A DNA stretch of 64,000 nucleotides from Octopus vulgaris (Eukaryota), in the NCBI GenBank assembly GCA_951406725.2, contig OX597819.1, forward strand, positions 119,536,001 to 119,600,000, read 5' to 3'. This document shows positions 54,046 through 64,000 of the stretch, one piece after another. The position numbers and the translations under genes were made by a program. The notes beneath the pieces were generated by a model. It was given only the letters and a program-made list of their open reading frames with translations, ran no database searches and was not told the origin of the DNA. Each line of letters opens with the position of its first letter. Position 1 is the first letter of the stretch.

Positions 54046-54170
54046 ATACTAATTATATTTTTTAATAATTGTTACATATCTAAATAATATAAATTAATTT
54101 ATGTATTGGCTTAAGTCTTTCATTGTTTGGTTTCCATAATAGTGGTTTTGTCTCTAATTTAATATAATAT

Positions 54171-54219
<49 letters not shown>

Positions 54220-54282
54220 CATAAATATATAATTTTGGGAAAAAAGTCATACATACATGTACATACCTATATATATATATAT

Positions 54283-54455
54283 ATACAGGGTTGGCCAAAG
54301 TCCCCCGACAGTAAATCAAGCATCCATAAATTCTATCTGTAGTTCTCTATTGACTCGAAAGGAGAACACGTCATTCGAGGTCTTCGGTTTGAACAATTTT
54401 CATGTTTCGTATTTAGATGCTTTTACAGTCAGGTGTCTTTTGGCCAGATCTGCAT
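54283..54455. mobile_element. Possible Tc1/mariner MITE
   Basis: TACAGGGTTGGCCAAAGTCCCCCGAC ... GTCAGGTGTCTTTTGGCCAGATCTGCA. Confidence 0.45.
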
Positions 54456-54961
54456 GTATGCATATATTTATATATACATGGGAGTGCATTTATGTATGTA
54501 TGTATATAAATATTTGCCACCATGAAGGTCTAGACTGCATTTTGCGATGCCATATTTCATGACCGCATACCAAGTTCGTTAATTTCGTGATAAATATACA
54601 GAATCATTGGAAATAGAAGCTTCTTTTTATGTGAATTTGCCATAAATATCTATATACTTGTACGTGAGGCTATTGTGTAGGAACCAATGTGTGTGTCGTG
54701 GTTACATATATGTGTGTAACTACCTGATTGTCTTTCATTTCGTCTGCGTTAGTAATGAATAGCACGTCTTTGATCATTTCTGCTGTATTCCTACTTGCAG
54801 AGGCTTACCATTGCACTGATATCGTAAAATAGTTGATGTAACTCTTTGGAGTAGATCTCTCTCCGTTTTGTAAGATTTACGAGGCATTCTAGGTTAGCGT
54901 ATCTGTATTAAAAAAAGGTAGGTGTGTGGTCCGATAGGTGGGTGTTTACTGTGCATATATG

Positions 54962-55102
<141 letters not shown>

Positions 55103-57291
55103 ATATATGTATATATAAATATATTTATTTATTTATATATATATATATGTGTATATATTAATATATATGTATATATATTAATATAAATATTTATATATGT
55201 ATATTAATATATATATATATATATAAATATATTAATAACTAAATATATGTGTGTATATTGACGATGAATGAACATATACGTAGAGTTATTTAAATAATTA
55301 TGTATATATGCTTGAATATATATCAATATATAGAGACATATATGTTGGCATATTTATATATATATGTATGTATGTGTGTCTGTGTGCGTGTATCTATGTG
55401 TATGTATAATAAATTCATTATATATATAAATATTTATTTATTTATTTATATGTACATATATGCGACTGTATACACATATATAAATATATCGATATATCCG
55501 CATATATATTTGCATATGCGTGTATGTATATACGTATGTGTGTGTTTGTGTTTTTGTAAATGTGTATATTTATGTACGGTGTAAACGCAAACAAACACTT
55601 AAACTAATGTGATTCTTAATATGACCATAAAATAATAGACGTCCAGCCATTTTCAATAGTCGAAGTAATGCATTTATGGAACGTAATATTCCCATAAAGA
55701 AAAAACAACAAAACTTTCAGATGTACTTCTTAAAAGATTCTTTCAGGATCTTAATCCTGTCACATTTACTGATAAGAAAATAACACAACGTATACTAACA
55801 GAAACTTTTAATCTATTTGAAGCATGTTTTAGCTAAAAGACTTTGTATTTCCGTTTAGTCATACCAAGAATCGTTTTCGGCTTAAATGACTATGAGATAA
55901 CATAACAAGAAGATCTGTCATTTCATGTGTTAAACGTATTTATACAAAATGATATAATCTATGCTGCAGAAAGCAAATCATAAACTTAGAGTGATTCCGT
56001 ATTCACGTGTATTTATCAATTGTTTAGGAAACATTTACAGTATTACTGCGTTAAATATAGCGCAGAGTAGTAGTTGGTGTTGGTATACTTGTGGCTTTTG
56101 AAGAAATGAAGTTCAGCAAACATAAAATACTTTATTCCATTAAATACTGAGATATATGTCCATTTGTTTTGTTTTTTTCTTTCATATCTGTTTTATTTAC
56201 ATGTGTGTATGTATATATGTGTATATATAAACATATAAATATATGCAAAATATTATATATATGTGTGTATATATACACACGCAGTGACAGAGAGATAATA
56301 AATATATTGTATATATATATACACGTTTATATATATAAATGTATATATATGTATATATATATATGCATATATATATGTATATAAATGTGTGTATATATAT
56401 ATATATGTATATATATACATATATAAACCATATGTACATATGTGTGGGTATGTAAGAATGTACATGTGTGTGTACGTATATCGACATATATCTATCTAGC
56501 TATCTCTCCATCTCTCTCTGTATATATGTGTGTGTGCGTGTGTATGTATGTATGTATGCATTATATAGATGTGTAGGTAAGTAGGTAGGTAGTTAGGTAG
56601 GTAGGTAAGTAGGTAGGTAGGTAGGTATCAATTTATGTGTCTAGGAATGAGTGCATATCTATATGTGCTGCTGCTAATAGAAAAAAATATGCAAAGGATA
56701 TTGAAATATATAGTCACAGGGAGAAGAGTGAATGGGTGAGAGAGTGATGGAAGGAGGGAGAGAGAGAGGGAGGGAAATAGACAGAGTAACGCTGATGGTG
56801 TATTTATGATCCTAAAGATAATATTGAATATTCTCCAAATGTCTTTTCTAATGCACCACATCAGATCAACTGATGAAATTCAGTTGAGAAAATGTGAAAA
56901 CTTCAAAAGCTGTTGCTGTAGAGTTATCTAACTTGAATCATTAAATATCGTGAAAGCCCGGAAACAAATTCAATATTGTGAACGTGGTAAGGGTGGAATC
57001 TATTATGTGCCAGTTATATAAAACACTTCACCGATCCGATAAATGAAAATATTTCTTAGAATCGATCTACCTTGGGTGTTTTGAATAAGACCGGAACGCT
57101 TTCATTCAGTTAATGTTTTATTGAGTGAATGTTTCAGAGCTAATATTTAGAATTCGGAACAACAGCATCATCAACAGCGACACCTGAAGTAACAACAGCA
57201 ACATCTAGTAATACAATGAATGCAATAATAACAATAGGAAGAATAATAATATGAACATATCTGCATATACATATATAAAAATATATATTCA

Positions 57292-57330
<39 letters not shown>

Positions 57331-57610
57331 ATATGTCTATATATATATGCATACATATATATATGTATATATGTAGATATATATATACATATATATATAC
57401 ATATATATCTGTGTGTGTATAGATATATACATATATATATATATATATACATACATATATATATACATATATATGTATTTATATATATACATGCATACAT
57501 ATATATATATGTATATATATATGTATATATATACATACATATATATATATGTATTTATATATATGTATATATATATATATACATATATATATACATATAT
57601 ATATGTATGC

Positions 57611-57692
<82 letters not shown>

Positions 57693-58423
57693 ATATATAT
57701 ATACGCACACACACATGATGAATATTCAATCATGTTATGGTTTATACAACGGAATTCCTTAAATGATCCTTAAGCGATAAGTTATCTCTATTTGTATATC
57801 CTCTTCAATGTTCTATCAAATGTATTGCTCACATTGCTTTGAAAATAAATCGATGTGGCATATTATGTAATCAATAGGGAACTTCGAGTCGGTTTGTTTA
57901 TTTATTCATTTATCTATTTTATTTTTCTGTTCAATCAGTTGTTCTATTCTTTAGTAACCCTATAATGTAGTTCTATACAAGTAAACACGCGATGTAGGGA
58001 AGTACTTGTTACACGTAAGACACCAATGCTTTCGAATTCAACCATTGTTCAATATGGCTATCCATCCTAATAAAAACAACATATGCTATTGTGAAATGAT
58101 ACGTTTTTATTGTCGATAATATAACGATCGAACATTTACCGTGAGAACTTACTATTTGTACAAAATATCGAATTGTGCTTCATTTATTACCGGTTATATT
58201 GTTATGGCAAGTTTGAAATGTAAAGTATATTTGAAAGCATTGCAAATGGAGGGTTGTAATATATGGTCAATTTGCAGTAAAAAAAAAAAGAACGGCCATT
58301 TATTAACTTTTTGCAAGCATTAAAATAAAGTTCTAATTTCTGAGGTCAATGTGATCCTATATATTCTGCCAAGAAATATTATACACCGTACATTTTTTAA
58401 TAAATCATGTTTACATTAAATTA

Positions 58424-58645
58424 AGGCGGCGAACTGGCAGAAACGGGCGGAAATGTGTAGCCGTATATCGTCTGTCGTTACGTTCCAAGTTCAAATTCCA
58501 CCGAGGTCGACTTTACCTTCCATTCTTTCGGGGTCGATAAATTAAGTACCAGTTACGCACTGGGGTCGATGTAATCGCGTTAATCCCCTTGTCTGTCCTT
58601 GTTTGTCCCCTCTATGTTTAGCCCCTTGTTGATAGTAAAGAAATA
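58424..58645 (+). mobile_element. SINE family B
   Basis: Matches the 26998 consensus. Confidence 0.85.
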
Positions 58646-58917
58646 TATACTGATACTGTTTGGCCTAGAGCTAGAAATACCTATGCCAAATTAAAGCTGG
58701 CCTCAGTTTTACAATTATCTCTTCACCATAAGAATTCTCCTACCATAGAAATGGAAAGACTTCGTATATAGTTAGTATTTTACTTTTGAAGCAGCATTAA
58801 TTATATATGTTAAGCTTGACATATGCTCATCTATGTTATTATTCGTATATCCCTCCCTATTTTCCATGGTAAAATCTTAGCTGAAAAGCTGAGACAAGAA
58901 AAAGAAAATGCAGAGAA

Positions 58918-58952
<35 letters not shown>

Positions 58953-59369
58953 GAAGAAAAGAAGAAAGAAAGAGTGAGAAGGAGAGAGAGAGGGACTGAA
59001 AAGGAAAGATATAGTGAGAAGGAGAGTGAGAGAGTTACCTATATGTTTACTTATTGGATTTATTTACCGATAATTTTTTTGTACACGGTGTAAATGTGTT
59101 TCTTTGTTGTAGTCTAATTAATAATGTTAGTATATAATCCTTCCTAGAAATAAGATTGAATGGACGTGGTGATATCTGACGTATGTTTGTTCCCAAACAA
59201 CACTTAGTTTAGTGCTATTAAGAAACCGGATTGAATAGTACTGCCCAGGTGTGGAAACCATAGTGATAACCGTGGAGCAGCTGATGATGTAGGTACCTTG
59301 GACTGATAGTATGGCTGTTATTGTATGTATAGAATAATTTTATAACACATCCATTTCATATATATATAT

Positions 59370-59446
<77 letters not shown>

Positions 59447-59447
59447 T

Positions 59448-59558
<111 letters not shown>

Positions 59559-59572
59559 CACATACACACACA

Positions 59573-59791
59573 CATGAGTGTGGGCTGAAATGTTCCTGGC
59601 TTTGGGTAAAAAATATACAGGTGTATCAGTTAATTGTTATTTTATTTAACATAATCCCTTCTCAGATTCACTCACTTATTCCAGCGGTCCTTCACAATAT
59701 GTAAGTCCTGTAAAATAACTCAGGGATTTGGGCGTCCAACAGTGCCTTTCGCGGTACTCTTAAAGCCAGAATATTTTCGGGGTCTCACGTA
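59573..59791. mobile_element. mariner-type MITE
   Basis: CATGAGTGTGGGCTGAAATGTTCCTGGCTTT ... AAAGCCAGAATATTTTCGGGGTCTCACGTA imperfect TIRs. Confidence 0.6.
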
Positions 59792-60186
59792 TATACACAC
59801 ACACACACACACATGTATATATAAAAGACGGAGGTGTATTTGTGTACGGGTGTGTGTGTGTGTGTCTGAGCGCGTGCATCTGTGCGTGCGTACGTGATGC
59901 GCGTGCCGCTTCATATGTTCTGGCATTTATGCATTTCAATATCAAACAAGATTGACCTTCTTTGTGAATATGACATTGGGAGTATGAAAATAGAGGTTCA
60001 AATCATATGAGCCCTGAGATCATTTCGTGGCATGAGCACAAGATCAAAGAGGAGATTTATGAATACATTCCACTCATTCATATGATTGCTGCTCAGTGCA
60101 GAGAAAGCTTGCAGGTCACTGTTGTTGTGGTGAATAGTTAGTCCATATTACTTGTAATATTTTCAATGCTTCTACTCCCTAACATA

Positions 60187-60530
60187 GGCGTAGTATGGCT
60201 ATGTGCTAAGTAGCTTGATTACGAGCCACATGGATCCGGGTTCAGTCCCACTGCGTGGCTCCTTGAGCAAGTGTCTTCGAGCATATCCTCAGGCCGACCA
60301 AGGCCTTGTTAGTGGATTTGGTAGACGGAAACTGAATGAAGCCCGTCGTATATATGTATTCATATATACATGTATGTGTGTGTATAAGTTTGTGTGTCTA
60401 GGTCTGTGCCCCCAACATCGCTTGACAATCGATACTGGTGGGTTTACGTTCCCGTAACTTAGCGGTTTGGCGAAAGAGACCAATAGAATAAGTATTAGGC
60501 TTACAAAGTAAAAGAGTAAAAGAGTAAAGA
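60187..60530 (+). mobile_element. SINE family A
   Basis: GGCGTAGTATGGCTATGTGCTAAG...GGGTTCAGTCCCACTGCGTGGC...(GTAAAAGA)n tail. Confidence 0.82.
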
Positions 60531-60664
60531 GAGTGACAGAGTGCAAAACCATTCAGGTACATGGAAGTAAATGGCAGGTGGTGCACAGCATGAAATTAAG
60601 GACTTATAAGAGCTACCAGAAATTCCTGGCCTGATGTGATGAAACATATTGTGGTGGTAGCCTC

Positions 60665-61519
<855 letters not shown>

Positions 61520-62278
61520 CGTTTAATGGTGAGTGCGGTGGAAGGAAGGAGGATGGTAACAAGTTTATGTTAAAGGGTTGGATTGTTGTTCGAAGTGACA
61601 GGTAAAATGAGAGAGGAAGAGAAAGAGAAATGTAGAAGAAGAAGAAGAAAGAATAGACTGCCGGGGAGGCAGTGAGAGGAAAGAAGAAAGGAAAGGCTGC
61701 CGGGGAGGCTGTGAGAGGTAGGAAAAAAAGAACGCAATATTGATATATACATACACATGTTATAAATATCGTGATATAGGCTGATTTTTACCCATCATGA
61801 ATACCCGTCTCATAAGGACGCAGAAGACACATGCATCACAACCATATGTGTGCGACATGGTGATCTCTTATCAAGATAAACAGCGCTTGATCTTGCAGGT
61901 GGGGTTCAGTTAGAATTTTCTTCAGGTCGAGTAACCCATCCCGCTCAAAAGGTCCCTGATTAAGGGCTGTTTAAGGATGTTGAACGAAACACCCATGTTT
62001 CCTGTGTGAATTATCCAAACCCCAAAGAATTCCTCTCAGCACACGGCTATGATGCTCCCCCATTACTTCTGCTCGTGATCAGAGATGCATATATCATCAG
62101 CCACCAAGTGGCATGCTCAACTGGTTAAGGTCAAACAACTGACAAGCAAATCTGTGGTATTGAGAAGAATATTTGTTGTAGCCCATCTTATATACCGAGT
62201 CAAAGCAATTTATAAGATAACACTTCCAATTAGTTAAGATAGAAGCCATGAGAGCCATTGCCTGGTACTGCATCAGGA

Positions 62279-62331
<53 letters not shown>

Positions 62332-63948
62332 GGGTGGATCGCTGCTTTGTACAGCAACATCTGCTCAGTGTTACGGGTGAACGGTCACGTTTCGGAGCCG
62401 TTTAACATCTCGCGTTCGGTTCGCCAAGAATGCCCTCTCTCCTCCCTCTTGTACGTATTGACTCTCGAGCCATTACTGCGCAAGTTGGAGGCTTTGAGGG
62501 GTATTCCGCGCGATCTAGGAGGTGGAAACAGCGTGTCTTCCTATGCCGACGACATTACCGTGATGGTGTCGAGCCACAGGCACATTGACCTGATTGGCGA
62601 GACACTAAACGAGTACGAATCGGTGACAGGTGCGAAGATTAACGCGGAAAAGTCCGTGGGCTCGCAACTGAGCACCTGGAGAGACAAGTCTATGCCGTCC
62701 AATAGTGGTGTGCTTGCTCTTCGACTTCTTGTGGAAGGGTCAGGTACCACTGGTCAGGCGATCCATCTGCTGTCAAGGCCGCTCAACATAGGCCTTGGCA
62801 TGCCGTGGTTACTGATGCGCAGACATGCGCTCAGGCTACGGCATCTCAAGTGTTTCCTAGACGGTGAATAGGTGTGGTCATATTTTTGTCAGATGTGACT
62901 TTCCGCAGCTCGTCTCTTTGACAGAGTTGCAGTCTTGGCTCAAACGCAGACCGAGAATGGGCGCTTGGCACTTCGTGTGCCGTCAAGCTCTCTCCGCCCT
63001 CCACCAGGCGGGCAATGCGATCGGTAGTGGTTCCACTCTAGTGTTCTATAGAGGGCTAGTGGAAGAAAAATGCGACGACGTTCTCGGGGAAATTCTAGGC
63101 GCTGACGATAACGAGCTAAACAGTCTGTTCGGGAGAACTTTCGGGCCGGGGCCAATGGATAATTTCCAAATGTCCCTCGCCTGGCAGTGCTACCTAGGGG
63201 CTCTGCCTGTTCGGGATAAAATCTACCTGCACGGAAGTGCCGTCAGACAAGCCTGCGCGAGGTGCGCCCAGGACGACGAAACCGTTCTGCACGCACTCGT
63301 CCAGTGCCCGAGTATTGCTGAACTGTGGGTTTATGTAGAACAGCTACTGTCGCGTATAGGATGGATCCGGCTATCAGCTGAATTCATAGTGAGGATAGCC
63401 CCCTCCCCCTACCTCCTTTAACCGGAAAGGCAAGGCAGTTTTCCTTTGCCTAGTGGCTGTAGCAAAAGAGGTGATATGGTTGACCCTTTTGAAAGGGCTA
63501 AGGTCAGACACTTTCCTCTTTGGCCAAGGCGTCATCAACTTTTTCAAGTTTCACTTGGAAAGGAAGGTGAGAGTACAGAGAGAAGTGATGTCTGGTAGCA
63601 AGTTTATTGAAAGGTGGGTGAATTTCGCAAGAATGGCCAGTATGAACGGACCAATTCTGATGATACACCTGTGAAAATTAAAAAGGAAATATAAAAGGAG
63701 AAAGGGGCTCTCTACACCCCTTTTGACCAGGCTCCCGTGACTTTTATGGGTTTTTCCACGAGTAACCTTTCAAAGCGCCTCCCCCTACTGGGAGTTTTAA
63801 TTGTTACTTATATTTCGTTGTTATCCTGCTTTTGTACACGGACTTTTTTTTCAAATGGACAAAACCCTTTGTAACTTTCGTCCTGTGTTTTGTCCGTTTA
63901 TGCTTTAATTGATTTTTGTTAGCCCTTGTGGCCAATAAACGAACAAAT
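62332..63948 (+). mobile_element. 5'-truncated Tx1/L1-clade LINE (RT C-half + C-terminal CCHC zinc finger + 3'UTR), frameshifted
   Basis: VNGHVSEPFNISRSVRQECPLSSLLYVLTLEPL, YADDITV, TGAKINAEKS; LAWQCYLGALPVRDKI...CARC...ETVLHALVQC; AATAAA near 63934. (TTA)n on both flanks. Confidence 0.88.
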
Positions 63949-64000
63949 TATCATTATTATTATCATCATCATCATCATTATTATTATTATTATTCTTATT

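Larger units (their letters stand above)
53733..54170. repeat. ~217-bp-arm palindrome (4-nt loop AATC 53950-53953) of a PLE pLTR-like sequence
   Basis: Inner ~160 bp of the arms are perfectly complementary, with about 4 mismatches in the outer ~57 bp. The left arm continues ~80 bp further to ~53655. (TA)n on both sides. Confidence 0.95.

Noticed and set aside
61760-62280. Probable interspersed repeat ending in (TTA)n
   Set aside because: Only one copy in the window and no diagnostic motif, so its class cannot be supported.

Overview
AT-rich, microsatellite-saturated eukaryotic DNA. The repeat families and (TA)n/(TG)n/(TAA)n load look like a coleoid cephalopod, probably Octopus; this is inference. 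No host gene can be supported, and most ORF-track entries are artefacts of simple repeats. The interpretable content is mobile DNA. (1) A nearly intact Penelope-like retroelement (PLE; RT + C-terminal GIY-YIG, 40855-44600) carries one in-frame TAA and an apparently perfect 240-bp inverted terminal duplication. A decayed relative lies at ~7210-9650 (-) and a second, frameshifted Neptune-like PLE at ~46815-48970. (2) About ten minimal type-I hammerhead-ribozyme (HHR)-like motifs sit in PLE termini and short PLE-derived elements. Several have non-canonical cores (U3-A8 in place of C3-G8, C9, U6, a 1-nt insertion), and one pair lies in a ~440-bp hairpin carrying an HHR on each strand. (3) Tx1/L1-clade and RTE LINE fragments. 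(4) Three tRNA-headed SINE families, including a ~185-bp tandem array. (5) Tc1/mariner (maT-like) relics and MITEs. The most interesting signal is the (TA)n-associated PLE system with variant-core hammerheads and a shared 3' tail.
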